Shown here one piece after another: positions 25,361 through 35,409 of a DNA stretch of 36,313 nt (its first letter is position 1; the number at the start of each line of letters is the position of its first letter). The notes beneath the pieces were generated by a model. The model had not been told where the DNA came from, did not search any database, and saw only the letters and a list, made by a program, of their open reading frames with translations. Position numbers and translations under genes: made by a program. Origin of the DNA: Gammaproteobacteria bacterium (lineage in GTDB: Bacteria > Pseudomonadota > Gammaproteobacteria > GCA-001735895); NCBI GenBank assembly GCA_041821565.1, contig JBGUEB010000003.1:1-36313 (forward strand), read 5' to 3'.

Positions 25361-26314
25361 TCATAGAGTTCTTTCATTCTCTTGGATCGCCTGATTCTGA
25401 CGCTTAATAAATTCTTCCGCGGCATTGTAGCCGTTTAGATTCAACAGGTAGTTACGTGCAGCAGCTTCTACCAGAACAGCAAGGTTGCGACCGGGTGCGA
25501 CAGGCAGGGTGATTTCTGGTATATCGAGACCCAGTATGTTTCGGGTTTGCAAGTTGTCCCCAATACGATCGAATTGGGTGGAGTTATCGCTGGTGAGCCC
25601 AATCATATTGATAATGAGCCGTAAAGCCTTATTTTTTTTCAAAACATTGGCTCCGAACATCGCCCGGATGTTGACAATACCCAGGCCACGAACTTCCATA
25701 AAGTCACTCAGCAGGCTGGGGCTATGGCCTTCGATCAGGTCAGGCGATAGTCTTGAAAACCGGGTAATATCGTCTGATATGAGACGATGCCCCCTGGCAA
25801 TCAGGGCGAGCGCGAGTTCACTTTTACCGACGCCGCTCTCACCGGTTAAAAACACGCCCAGGCTATAGACTTCTATATAAACGCCGTGCTCATCAGTATG
25901 TTCCGCAAGTACATGAGATAGAAGGTAGCGGCTATTATCGATTAATTCCGAGTCGCTGAGGTCGGACTGGAATACCGAAATATTATGATCTTCACATTGT
26001 CGGATCATCGATTCCGGCATGCGGTTACCCTGGCTTATTATTATTGTACTTACTGGTCCCTGAAACAGTGTCCTGAGTAATTTTTTCTGTTCATCCTGGG
26101 TCAGTTTATTGATAAACCGGGATTCCTGGTAACCCACCACGACGACGCTCGATGTCCGAATAACATTAAAATAATCGACTGCTTCAAAAGTATCGCCTGC
26201 CTGGCGTGAGAGTTTGATCTCACGTTCCAGACCTATTTCGGCCGAACTAAAGCTTAGTTGTAGTTTTTGTTGATATCGATGGAAAAATTCACGGATTTCG
26301 AGGGCAGGTCTCAT
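25361..26314 (-). CDS. hprK: HPr(Ser) kinase/phosphorylase
   Basis: HGV, GESGVGKSELAL, RGHRLISDD, EVRGLGIVNI, PVAPGRNLAVLVEAA. Confidence 0.95.
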   Translation of the reverse strand: MRPALEIREFFHRYQQKLQLSFSSAEIGLEREIKLSRQAGDTFEAVDYFNVIRTSSVVVVGYQESRFINKLTQDEQKKLLRTLFQGPVSTIIISQGNRMPESMIRQCEDHNISVFQSDLSDSELIDNSRYLLSHVLAEHTDEHGVYIEVYSLGVFLTGESGVGKSELALALIARGHRLISDDITRFSRLSPDLIEGHSPSLLSDFMEVRGLGIVNIRAMFGANVLKKNKALRLIINMIGLTSDNSTQFDRIGDNLQTRNILGLDIPEITLPVAPGRNLAVLVEAAARNYLLNLNGYNAAEEFIKRQNQAIQENERTL

Positions 26315-26763
26315 TGCTCGGCCATCTTGATTATACGGGCTATTTCGTCGCTGGAGCCGGCATTACGAATCGCGTCGCAAATTTCGGCCTGCGAAAATAT
26401 TTTTGCCAGTGATGACAATATTTCTAAATGCTCATCTGTCGCCTTTTCAGGGATGATGATGGTGAACACCAGATCGACTGGCTTATTGTCCGGCGCCTCG
26501 AATTTTACTGGCTGGTTGAGCCTGATGAAACAAGCTATGGTTGCATCGAGGTCATTTAGCCGGGCGTGGGGTATGGCAAAGCCATTACCCAGTCCTGTAC
26601 TACCGAGTCTCTCACGATCAAGAAGATTATTGTATATCGTGTTCTGGGGTAAATCGAACTGGTCGGCAATGTTGTCAGAGATGAATTCCAGGAGCCTTTT
26701 TTTACTCGAGATATCTGTATTAACGAAGATACGTTCTGGAGACAAAAGTGCTGAGATTGTCAT
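26311..26763 (-). CDS. ptsN: PTS IIA-like nitrogen regulatory protein
   Basis: SKKRLLE, RERLGSTGLGNGFAIPHAR, FEAPDNKPVDL. Confidence 0.94.
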   Translation of the reverse strand: MTISALLSPERIFVNTDISSKKRLLEFISDNIADQFDLPQNTIYNNLLDRERLGSTGLGNGFAIPHARLNDLDATIACFIRLNQPVKFEAPDNKPVDLVFTIIIPEKATDEHLEILSSLAKIFSQAEICDAIRNAGSSDEIARIIKMAEQ

Positions 26764-26806
26764 GAATTGGAAAGCTTTGGAGTCCGGTTGCCTTGAATAT
26801 GCGCGA

Positions 26807-26834
26807 ATCTTATCCCAATCCTTCGAGTATGCAA
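26807..26834 (-). promoter_or_regulatory. Internal sigma70-like promoter for ptsN-hprK-rapZ-ptsH
   Basis: Minus strand TTGCAT-16 bp-TAAGAT, then a GC-rich discriminator; lies downstream of the hpf terminator. Confidence 0.5.
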
Positions 26835-26873
26835 GTTCTATTAACCAGACGACAATATAGTCGCCGGGATAAT

Positions 26874-26902
26874 AAAAAAGGCGGAGTATTAATTACTCCG
26901 CC
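26874..26902 (-). terminator. Intrinsic terminator after hpf
   Basis: Minus strand GGCGGAGTA-ATTAA-TACTCCGCC-TTTTTT. Confidence 0.88.
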
Positions 26903-26909
26903 CCTGTGA

Positions 26910-27227
26910 TTATGCCTCTTCGGGAATATCTCCTTTGACGCGATGATTTTTTAATTTTTCTTTATGTTTTTTACCCTGTCGGTCAAGTTTATCTACGAGT
27001 CCGTCAATGGCTGCGTACATATCCTCCTGTACACTATCGGCGTGCAAACTGCTGCCGCTAACATGTAAGGTCGCCTCGGCTTTGTGCCGCAGTTTTTCAA
27101 CAGTTAAAACAACATGTATGTCCAGCGCCTGATCAAAATGTCGATCCAGTTTGGCTATTTTTTCGTTGACATAATTTCGCATAGAATCCGTAATTTCTAC
27201 ATGGTGACCGCTCAGACTTATTTGCAT
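26910..27227 (-). CDS. hpf: Ribosome hibernation promoting factor (short HPF/RaiA family)
   Basis: MQISLSGHHVEITDSMRNYV..K, DMYAAIDGLVDKLDRQ; AGGAGG RBS; follows rpoN. Confidence 0.95.
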   Translation of the reverse strand: MQISLSGHHVEITDSMRNYVNEKIAKLDRHFDQALDIHVVLTVEKLRHKAEATLHVSGSSLHADSVQEDMYAAIDGLVDKLDRQGKKHKEKLKNHRVKGDIPEEA

Positions 27228-27278
27228 CAGTAACCTCCTTCGGTTGCTTGATTCGCATTGCTACGAATCGTTAGTGTC

Positions 27279-28772
27279 TCAGAAGAGACGTTTTCGCTCA
27301 TTAGATGGTGGAATATGCATCGCCTCTCGATATTTGGCTATCGTTCTTCGCGCTACCTTTACACCCTGATCACCTAACAACAGAGTAATTTTATTATCGC
27401 TTAAGGGCTTGCTGGGGGATTCGGCGGCAACTAATTTCTTGATAATGGCTCTTATCGCAGTAGAAGAACATTCGCCTCCATCTGAGGTGCTGACATGACT
27501 GGAAAAAAAATACTTGAATTCCAGTATACCACGCGGTGTATGCATATACTTTTGTGTGGTTACACGCGATACGGTCGATTCGTGCATATCGAGTAAATCT
27601 GCGATATCACGAAGCACCATCGGTTGCATCGCCTCTTCCCCGTATTCAAAAAAAGCCTGCTGGCGTTCGATGATGGCGCGCGCTACGCGAATTAACGTGT
27701 CATTGCGGCTTTGTAAACTCTTGATAAACCAGCGCGCCTCCTGTAAATGGTCTTTCAGGTAGGTATTTTGCGCACTATTGTCACTGCGTTTAATGAGGTC
27801 GGCGTAACCCGTATTAACCTTTAATCCAGGTGCATTTTCTGGATTAATGCTGACATGCCACTTACCCGCCTGTTTGCTGACGTAAACGTCGGGAATAATA
27901 TATTCGGCATGATTTTCACTTACCATATGCCCGGGATGCGGATTGCTGGTCTGTATGAGTTTGATTATCTCAGCCAGTTCACCCTCTTTGATGCGAAGGC
28001 GCCTTTTCAGAAAAGCGAAATCATTGCTCGCCAGTTGCTCCAGATATTTGTCTACGAGGATCAGTGCTTTACTGAGATGAGGGGTTTTGGCGTCGAGTTG
28101 ACTCAATTGTATGGTCATGCATTCAGACGGAGAGCTGGCGGCGACACCGACAGGATCGAAGTGTTGAATTAAATGTAGTACTGCCATTACCTCGTCAAAT
28201 TCGATCTCTTCAAGCTGTTTCTGTAAACCTGTATAGATATCTTCAAGGCTCTGGGTCAGGTAACCGGTATCATCGATCGAATCGATAATCGCTAGTCCGA
28301 CCTCGTGGTCGGTATCGGTGAGGTGAGCTGCATTGAGTTGCCAAAGCAGGTGTTCGTTGAGGACATCTACGGCGGGCGCCTGGTTTTCAAACATATCCCT
28401 GTTATCGTCACGGTTATTTTGCGACTGCGTCGGCGATACCGGAATATTATCGTAGACATCATCCCAACGACTGTCGATCTCCAGGTCTTCCGGCAGAGTC
28501 TGATTGGCGCGATTCTCGCTGACTGCATCAGCGCTGGTCTTAATATTGGTGGGGTCCTCGTCATCAGATCCATTGATGCCGCTAGCGTCCAGATCCAGTA
28601 CCGTTATCTCGCCCAGATTATCTTCCTGCTCCAGCAAGGGATTGCTATCGAGGGTTTCCTGGATTTCTACCTGCAACTCCAATGAAGACATTTGCAACAG
28701 CTTGATTGCCTGCTGCAGTTGTGGGGTCATCGTAAGGCTTTGGCCTATTCGCAGTTGTAGACTTTGCTTCAT
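27279..28772 (-). CDS. rpoN: RNA polymerase sigma-54 factor
   Basis: MTPQLQQAIKLLQ region I, HESTVSR HTH, RpoN box ARRTIAKYRE. Confidence 0.98.
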   Translation of the reverse strand: MKQSLQLRIGQSLTMTPQLQQAIKLLQMSSLELQVEIQETLDSNPLLEQEDNLGEITVLDLDASGINGSDDEDPTNIKTSADAVSENRANQTLPEDLEIDSRWDDVYDNIPVSPTQSQNNRDDNRDMFENQAPAVDVLNEHLLWQLNAAHLTDTDHEVGLAIIDSIDDTGYLTQSLEDIYTGLQKQLEEIEFDEVMAVLHLIQHFDPVGVAASSPSECMTIQLSQLDAKTPHLSKALILVDKYLEQLASNDFAFLKRRLRIKEGELAEIIKLIQTSNPHPGHMVSENHAEYIIPDVYVSKQAGKWHVSINPENAPGLKVNTGYADLIKRSDNSAQNTYLKDHLQEARWFIKSLQSRNDTLIRVARAIIERQQAFFEYGEEAMQPMVLRDIADLLDMHESTVSRVTTQKYMHTPRGILEFKYFFSSHVSTSDGGECSSTAIRAIIKKLVAAESPSKPLSDNKITLLLGDQGVKVARRTIAKYREAMHIPPSNERKRLF

Positions 28773-28833
28773 AGGCGAGGCTGATCCTGATATGAGATTA
28801 TGTTCTGATTATCATTGTCTCTCATAGATACTG

Positions 28834-29589
28834 TTATAGCTTAAAATCCTCTCCCAAGTAAATCTTTCTGACGATTTTATTCTCTAAAATGTGTTCAGGC
28901 TCACCCTCGGCGAGTATTTTGCCCTCGGCCATGACATAGGCCCGGTGGCAGATACCCAGGGTTTCACGTACATTATGATCGGTAATGAGTACGCCGATAT
29001 TACGATCGGCTAGCTGCTGAATGATGTCCTGAATATCGATCACCGAGATAGGGTCCACCCCGGCGAAAGGCTCATCTAGTAGTATAAAACGGGGTTCATT
29101 AGCCAGGGCCCTTGCTATTTCTACTCGCCGTCGCTCACCACCGGAAAGTGAAATACCAATGTTTTCACGAATATGAGTGATTTGAAAATCTTCCAGCAAA
29201 CGCTCGAGCGTATCCAGTTTTTGCTGGCGGGTCAGCTCCTTACGCAGCTGTAGTACAGCCATGATATTGTCCTCTACCGACAGGTTGCGAAATACTGAGG
29301 CTTCCTGGGGCAGGTAACCAATGCCCATACGTGCGCGATGGTGTATCGGCAGGTGATCAATAGCCTGACCATTCAGGGTAATAGTTCCGCGATCGTTATC
29401 GACGAGGCCGACGATCATGTAAAAGCAGGTGGTTTTACCGGCGCCGTTGGGACCGAGTAAACCAACGATGTCGCCACTTTCGATGTACAGGGATACCGAT
29501 GCTACTACTTCACGTTTGCCGTAGGATTTGGCCAGGTCGGCCGCTTCGAGGCGGTTTTCCTGGTAATTCGCTGAGACCGGATTTTGCAT
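28834..29589 (-). CDS. lptB: LPS export ABC transporter ATPase LptB
   Basis: [60 protein letters not shown]. Confidence 0.97.
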   Translation of the reverse strand: MQNPVSANYQENRLEAADLAKSYGKREVVASVSLYIESGDIVGLLGPNGAGKTTCFYMIVGLVDNDRGTITLNGQAIDHLPIHHRARMGIGYLPQEASVFRNLSVEDNIMAVLQLRKELTRQQKLDTLERLLEDFQITHIRENIGISLSGGERRRVEIARALANEPRFILLDEPFAGVDPISVIDIQDIIQQLADRNIGVLITDHNVRETLGICHRAYVMAEGKILAEGEPEHILENKIVRKIYLGEDFKL

Positions 29590-29595
29590 AGATTG

Positions 29596-30117
29596 CTATT
29601 CTTGTGTGGGTTGAATCAGCATTCGTACCCGGCCTTCAGAGTTAATACCGCCAGCCTTCATACCTCCGGTAATGGTATCGATTTGAATTTTATTACTCTC
29701 GATGGTATCGCCGACGTGAGTGACCCTGGCATTCTCAAGTAGAATCAAGGTTGACTCCGATTGGTTATATTCTATTTGTTCTCCCTCGCCGTGTATTTCC
29801 TGCTGTAGGTCGTCAAGCTGTCTAAAAGTAGCTGGCGAACCTGTCATTTTCATCATGGTAATTTCTTTATTATCATTAAAAAACAGCGTTAATTGCTCGC
29901 TGCTAATCTCGAGACTGCCCTGCTTGAGGTGAACATTACCCGAGTAAATGCTTATTTTTTCCATTTCCCTGACTTCCAGGCTGTCGGCTTCGACTTGAAT
30001 CGGCTGCTGTCTATCGCTTGATAAGGCATTCGCGTGCAGTGTTATGGACGAGAGAAAAGCGAACAGCAGGAGCCCTAGCATCAGGTCCGCGGCTTTTCTA
30101 TCTGATCTAACTTTCAT
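29596..30117 (-). CDS. lptA: LPS transport periplasmic protein LptA
   Basis: Signal peptide, ALSSDRQQPIQVEAD, GNV.LKQG, GSPATFRQ, C-terminal RVRMLIQP; synteny. Confidence 0.92.
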   Translation of the reverse strand: MKVRSDRKAADLMLGLLLFAFLSSITLHANALSSDRQQPIQVEADSLEVREMEKISIYSGNVHLKQGSLEISSEQLTLFFNDNKEITMMKMTGSPATFRQLDDLQQEIHGEGEQIEYNQSESTLILLENARVTHVGDTIESNKIQIDTITGGMKAGGINSEGRVRMLIQPTQE

Positions 30118-30664
30118 GATTGTAAATAGACCTGGTGTTCTTCATTAAATATACCTGATTGTGTAAATCAAACACGGCCATGTCACCGCTTATTCTGGAA
30201 TTATCCGACTCAATAACGACATTTTTCTCGCTCGTTATACGATCATTGTCTGGCTCAAACAACATACTCTCAGAGCTGATTTGTATCGCGTTTGGCCCGA
30301 GTCTTTTCACTACCACATTATCACTCAACTGAAGTACATTTTGTTGATGCAATAACTCGCCATTGCGTGCATTTACATTCCAGTCACCATTTTCGCGATA
30401 AACATTTACGATGGGATATTTTATGTGACTGATATCATTTAGTGGGAAGTGTTCGATGTAGGGGCTGTACACTTGATAATCGAGGGTACCAGTCCTGTCA
30501 AAAATCTGATATTTCACTTCGGCGAAGAAATAGTCGATATCGGTTGGTATCTCTAGTTCCGGTCTGGCCGTAGCCAGTTTCGATCGCGATTCGAAAATCC
30601 AGCCGGCTGCTATTGCGCCAATAATTACGACTATAACAACAACGATGATGTAATAGGGCCTCAT
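30107..30664 (-). CDS. lptC: LPS export protein LptC
   Basis: Single N-terminal TM helix, DYF, W.V.A..G, beta-rich body; position between kdsC and lptA. Confidence 0.88.
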   Translation of the reverse strand: MRPYYIIVVVIVVIIGAIAAGWIFESRSKLATARPELEIPTDIDYFFAEVKYQIFDRTGTLDYQVYSPYIEHFPLNDISHIKYPIVNVYRENGDWNVNARNGELLHQQNVLQLSDNVVVKRLGPNAIQISSESMLFEPDNDRITSEKNVVIESDNSRISGDMAVFDLHNQVYLMKNTRSIYNHES

Positions 30665-31185
30665 TGTAGATAAGAAGCCTGCTTGGCATCGAGTAAATTT
30701 TGCGCTTCCAGGATAAAATCAGTTACTTCCCGCACCGCACCGGCGCCGCCGTTGGCAAGGGTGACCCAGTGCGCCTGTTGTTTAACAAAAGCATGAGCAT
30801 TGTTTACCGCGATTGACATTCCCACCTGGCCCATAATAGCAAGATCCGGCAGGTCATCTCCGAGATAGGCAATCTGGGAGGGTGCGAGTCCCGTTTTTTT
30901 TAGCAGCTCGGAAAATGCGGGGCGTTTGTCTCGATTACCCTGAAACACCAGTTTTACCCCTAAATCATTCATGCGATGATTGACAAGCTTTGACTTGCGG
31001 CCGGTAATCACGGCTATCTGGATGCCACACTCGAGCAGCATACGCATGCCCTGGCCATCAAGAGAATTGAAAGTCTTATACTCACGACCCTGGGCATCGA
31101 ATTGCAAGCCACCGTTTGTCATTACTCCATCGACATCCAGTATCAGCAGTTGAATTTGCCGGGCTTTAAGTTGTATTTCACTCAT
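30661..31185 (-). CDS. kdsC: KDO 8-phosphate phosphatase
   Basis: LDVDGVMT HAD motif, ITGR, GDDLPDL, GGAGAVRE. Confidence 0.96.
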   Translation of the reverse strand: MSEIQLKARQIQLLILDVDGVMTNGGLQFDAQGREYKTFNSLDGQGMRMLLECGIQIAVITGRKSKLVNHRMNDLGVKLVFQGNRDKRPAFSELLKKTGLAPSQIAYLGDDLPDLAIMGQVGMSIAVNNAHAFVKQQAHWVTLANGGAGAVREVTDFILEAQNLLDAKQASYLQ

Positions 31186-31197
31186 TCATGAAAACTC

Positions 31198-32172
31198 TTA
31201 GACCACACCGGCTCTTAGTAAATCATGCATGTTTAACGCACCCTCAACCATACCGGCCTGGTCAATCACCATCAAAGCATTGATCTTGCGGTCATGCATA
31301 ATTTTTAACGCCTCGCTGGCGATCCGCTCAGCTTCGATTGTTACCGGGTTTGAGGTCATGAAATCTTTCACCTGGGCGCTATTGATATCGGGCATTTTTT
31401 CGAAGGTCCGGCGCAGATCACCGTCTGTGTAAATGCCGACCAGTCTCCTGTTTACTGGATCTATGACCCCCGCCACGCCGAGGCCCTTGTTGCTCATCTC
31501 CAGCAGGGTCTGCTTCAGGCTGCTATCAGTCGGCACCAGTGGAATTGCATCGCCGGTGTGCATGATATCGCTGACGCGTAGTAATAATCGTCGTCCCAAA
31601 TTGCCACCGGGATGGGAGAGGGCGAAATCCTCTTCGGTGAATCCACGCGCTTCTAGTACCGCAACGGCGAGCGCATCACCCATCGCGAGCGAGGCTGTGG
31701 TGGATGATGTCGGCGCCAGTCCAAGCGGGCAGGCCTCCTTGCTGACACCGACATCCAGATTAATATCAGCGACACGGGCGATAGTCGAATGTGGCTTACC
31801 GGTGAGTGCGATTAAGGGGATGCCGAGACGTTTTAGCAGGGGCAATAACAGGGTTATTTCACTGGTCTCGCCTGAGTTGGACAGTGCAATCACCAGATCA
31901 TCGGCGGTGATCATGCCGAGATCTCCATGGCTGGCCTCTCCGGGGTGCATAAAAAATGCGGGTGTTCCAGTGCTTGCCAGGGTTGCTGCGATTTTATTAC
32001 TGATGTGCCCCGATTTCCCCATTCCAGTTACAACAATGCGGCCTTCGCAACCAAGAATCATATCGCAGGCTTGATAAAAAGACTGGTCGAGCCGCTTGAT
32101 GAGGGCTGAGATTGCTTCAGATTCGGTTTTTAAAACAGCGACACCGAGTTCAATGTAAGAGTGTTTGGTCAT
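31198..32172 (-). CDS. kdsD: Arabinose 5-phosphate isomerase (KpsF/GutQ family)
   Basis: GMGKSGHI, HPGEASHGDLG, SNSGET, EACPLGLAPTSST, SHPGG, CBS pair. Confidence 0.96.
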   Translation of the reverse strand: MTKHSYIELGVAVLKTESEAISALIKRLDQSFYQACDMILGCEGRIVVTGMGKSGHISNKIAATLASTGTPAFFMHPGEASHGDLGMITADDLVIALSNSGETSEITLLLPLLKRLGIPLIALTGKPHSTIARVADINLDVGVSKEACPLGLAPTSSTTASLAMGDALAVAVLEARGFTEEDFALSHPGGNLGRRLLLRVSDIMHTGDAIPLVPTDSSLKQTLLEMSNKGLGVAGVIDPVNRRLVGIYTDGDLRRTFEKMPDINSAQVKDFMTSNPVTIEAERIASEALKIMHDRKINALMVIDQAGMVEGALNMHDLLRAGVV

Positions 32173-32174
32173 AA

Positions 32175-33155
32175 TTAGGCCTTCCCAGCTATCACCCCAT
32201 AATACAAATATAACTGGTAAATGACAAAAACACTCAGTAGACAGAAACCTTTCAGGCGGGTAATGCTGCGTTCATTTGAAAGTGAAAATCGTGAAAGTCC
32301 ATAGAATAGTAGAGTGATCGCGATGACAACGGGTAAATCCCGGGTCACTGCCAGGTCACTGATGCTGAAACTGGTGATAAAAGCCGGGATACCGATTACA
32401 GCAAGCGAGTTAAACAGGTTAGAGCCAATAATGTTACCAATTGCCAAATCGGGGTCACCTTTTTTTATACTGGCTATCGAGGCGGCGAGTTCTGGCAAGC
32501 TGGTACCCAGTGCCACAATTGTGAGGCCAATCACCAATTCGCTAATGCCAAGGGAATGAGCAACCTGGGTGGCACCCCAGATCAGCAGCTTTGAGCTACC
32601 AACAAGCAATATCAGGCCTGACAATATCCAGCCGCTAGAGGCCAAAAACCCCATTTCTTCATTGTCGCTGTTTGATGGTCCATTTTCCGACGGATCGGAA
32701 TTGGAATCTTTTTGGTGTGCTTTCACCAGGTACCAGAGCATAAGCACAAGTAGCGTTAACAGGAGTACGCCATCGAGTGTATCTAGCACACCGTCGTACA
32801 GGCACCAGCTCATAACGGCTGTTGCGAGTAGAAGCAAAGGAAATTCACGATCGAGAATTTGTTTAGCTATTGGTAAAGCTGTGACTAGCGCTGTTATGCC
32901 GAGTATCAGGCCAATATTGGCGATATTGGAGCCCAGCGCATTGCCAATTGCTATATCTGGCGTTTGTTCCAGCACTGCAATCACCGAAATCAGAATTTCC
33001 GGGGCCGAAGTTCCAAAACCGACGATAGTAATACCGATGATCATCGAAGATACGCCCAGGTGCCTGGCAATGGAGGCGGCGCCATCGACGAACCGGTCAG
33101 CGCTCCACACTAGTACAGCGAGTCCTGCTATGATCGCGGCTAAGGACAGAAACAT
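32175..33155 (-). CDS. yrbG: Ca2+/Na+ antiporter family protein YrbG
   Basis: Two alpha repeats GTSAPE/GTSLPE and GNALGSNI/GNIIGSNL; upstream of kdsD. Confidence 0.93.
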   Translation of the reverse strand: MFLSLAAIIAGLAVLVWSADRFVDGAASIARHLGVSSMIIGITIVGFGTSAPEILISVIAVLEQTPDIAIGNALGSNIANIGLILGITALVTALPIAKQILDREFPLLLLATAVMSWCLYDGVLDTLDGVLLLTLLVLMLWYLVKAHQKDSNSDPSENGPSNSDNEEMGFLASSGWILSGLILLVGSSKLLIWGATQVAHSLGISELVIGLTIVALGTSLPELAASIASIKKGDPDLAIGNIIGSNLFNSLAVIGIPAFITSFSISDLAVTRDLPVVIAITLLFYGLSRFSLSNERSITRLKGFCLLSVFVIYQLYLYYGVIAGKA

Positions 33156-33194
33156 AATGGTTGGGGCAGAACTCGATCGACGCTTAGGAGGGTA

Positions 33195-33722
33195 TTAAAA
33201 ATTGGCTGTTGAGGTAAACAGGCCGACGCGTAAATCCTTTGCTGAATAGATTTCACGGCCATCTACTTCCATAGAAGCATCACCTATACCCATCACCAGT
33301 TTGCGCATGATAATGCGTTTAATATCAATTCGGTAAGTCACCATCCTGGCGCTAGGCAAAACCTGCCCGAAATATTTCACTTCGCCAGCACCGAGTGCGC
33401 GGCCGTGACCGGGCCCACCTTTCCAGCCCAGATAAAAGCCTATTAATTGCCACATCGCATCAAGGCCGAGGCAGCCCGGCATGACAGGATCGGTTTCAAA
33501 ATGACATTTGAAAAACCATAGTTCTGGATCGACATCGAGCTCGGCGACTATTTTGCCCTTGCCGAACTTACCACCGTCCTCGGTAATATCGACGATACGG
33601 TCAAACATCAACATGGGCGGTTTCGGCAACAGTGCATTGCCCTCGCCAAAAAGTTTTCCTTTCCCACAACGAATGAGGTCGTCGTAGCTAAAACTATGTT
33701 GTTCGGTCAGAGGTTTTGACAT
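33195..33722 (-). CDS. fabA: 3-hydroxydecanoyl-ACP dehydratase/isomerase
   Basis: [47 protein letters not shown]. Confidence 0.97.
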   Translation of the reverse strand: MSKPLTEQHSFSYDDLIRCGKGKLFGEGNALLPKPPMLMFDRIVDITEDGGKFGKGKIVAELDVDPELWFFKCHFETDPVMPGCLGLDAMWQLIGFYLGWKGGPGHGRALGAGEVKYFGQVLPSARMVTYRIDIKRIIMRKLVMGIGDASMEVDGREIYSAKDLRVGLFTSTANF

Positions 33723-34038
33723 ATCGATTTATGAAAACTCAGAGCAAGGTTGCGAACACTAACTATTATAAGAAGAATATTCCAGCAAAAAGTATTCAAA
33801 TTCGGAACTGAAAATTCAGGGTCGAGTCTAATCGCTCATATAGTGAAGTAGTTCTCGTGCCGGGCGCTAGACTGTTCCATGAGGATATCAATGGTAGTAT
33901 ATTCATAACCTGTCTCCCAGTTATAGAATTTTTACCAGCCTGGAACTAGTTAAGAATTGTACAGGGGAGGGTAAAATTGCAGGATTTTTTGATGTTTAGC
34001 CAATTTCCATTAAGCCCGGTTAAAGGACGATATCGCTT

Positions 34039-35409
34039 ATGAAGAGCTGTATATTGCCAGTCCCACTGCTGTTAGTGTTGCTGCTTTTATCACAGGCTAC
34101 AAACGCTGAAGTGCGATTGAGTCTGGATCAGGCGATCAAGCTAGCTTATGAGCATGATCCCAGAATCGAAGAAAAAAGAGCCTTTGTTCGCAAGGCGGAG
34201 GCAGTGTTGGCGGAGGCCAAAGGATCTGGCGAGTTTAGCTACGGAGCAACCAGTTTTCTAGCGATTACGCGGGGGCTCGAAGGCGGATTTTATGAGGGCG
34301 GGGCCGAGTCCTGTTCCGACAATTGTAGACCCAGGGGCGACAATTATGATCTTGAAGATGGCCTCTCATTCTGGGCCGGGTTGACTTTCAGTATCATCAA
34401 ACCGTTAATGACTTTTGGCAGACTGGAAAGCTATGAGCATGCCGCGCAGCAAAATATTCTGGTTAAACAACAGGATGTTGCACTACAGCGCGACAGGATT
34501 CGTCTCGATGTTGTAAAGGCTTACTTCGGCTATTTAACCGCCAGGGATAGCCGTTATTTACTCGAGGATACCCGTAAAAGGCTCGACAGCGCATTGCGAC
34601 TCGCAATTGACTGGATCGAAGAAGGTAAGGGAGATATCAATTTGTCGGACCGTTATGCGATTGAATCGGGCCAGGGTTTGATCGACAGTTTTCTGGCAGA
34701 CGCCAAAGGCGTTGAAGCTATTGCAATGGATGGTTTAAAGTTACTGACTGGCTTGCAGACAGAGACCCTGGTATTGGAAGACAGCCGCCTGCAGGCGCTC
34801 GCACTACCGGACCAGAGTATAGAGGAATGGGTAGAGCTGGCGCTAAATAATCGCGTCGAAATGCGGCAGGTCGAAGCTGGCTTGTCAGCGCGACGCGCAT
34901 TGGTGGAGGCCAACAAGGCTGGCAAAAAACCTATTGTGTTTGCCGGACTCGCTGGATCACTGACCTATTCTCCGGGGCGAGATCGGCTCGATAACCCGCA
35001 TATATACGATCCTTTTAATAATGTCGCGATTTCACCCCTGGTCGGCATGCGTTGGCAGTTTGAAGAGGGGACTCACCTGGCCCGGATTTCGCAGGCGCAG
35101 GCAGACCTGGATGCGCTTATCCACAAGGCTTCATTTGCGCGACAGGGAATTCCGTTTGAGGTTCGGGAACAGTATCACCTGGTGCAGTCCAAATACGAGT
35201 CTATCCAGGCGATGAAATCGAGTGCAAAATCCGCCAGGCGCTGGATGATTTCGAGCTATGCCGATTTTGAAGCAGGCATCGAAGATGCCGACAGGATTCT
35301 GAGGGCGATGCAGGTTTATGTCGTTGCTTATGCCGAGTATCTGAAACATGTAAATGATTTCAATAATCACGTGTTCAAATTAAAAAGTGTCAGTGGTATT
35401 TACGAATGA
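34039..35409 (+). CDS. TolC/outer-membrane efflux protein family
   Basis: Signal peptide, LSLDQAIKLAYEHDP, PLMTFG, DVVKAYF, second repeat ALNNRVE, coiled-coil rich. Confidence 0.85.
   Translation: MKSCILPVPLLLVLLLLSQATNAEVRLSLDQAIKLAYEHDPRIEEKRAFVRKAEAVLAEAKGSGEFSYGATSFLAITRGLEGGFYEGGAESCSDNCRPRGDNYDLEDGLSFWAGLTFSIIKPLMTFGRLESYEHAAQQNILVKQQDVALQRDRIRLDVVKAYFGYLTARDSRYLLEDTRKRLDSALRLAIDWIEEGKGDINLSDRYAIESGQGLIDSFLADAKGVEAIAMDGLKLLTGLQTETLVLEDSRLQALALPDQSIEEWVELALNNRVEMRQVEAGLSARRALVEANKAGKKPIVFAGLAGSLTYSPGRDRLDNPHIYDPFNNVAISPLVGMRWQFEEGTHLARISQAQADLDALIHKASFARQGIPFEVREQYHLVQSKYESIQAMKSSAKSARRWMISSYADFEAGIEDADRILRAMQVYVVAYAEYLKHVNDFNNHVFKLKSVSGIYE

Noticed and set aside
31433-33198. Long plus-strand ORFs (213 aa, 209 aa) and similar ones at 26267-26860 and 8852-9370
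   Set aside because: Antisense shadows of well-conserved genes (kdsD, yrbG, ptsN, rhlB) with Ser/Pro/Arg-rich non-protein-like composition.
33751-33768. FabR operator upstream of fabA
   Set aside because: Only a half site (GCGAACAC); the palindromic second half is absent.
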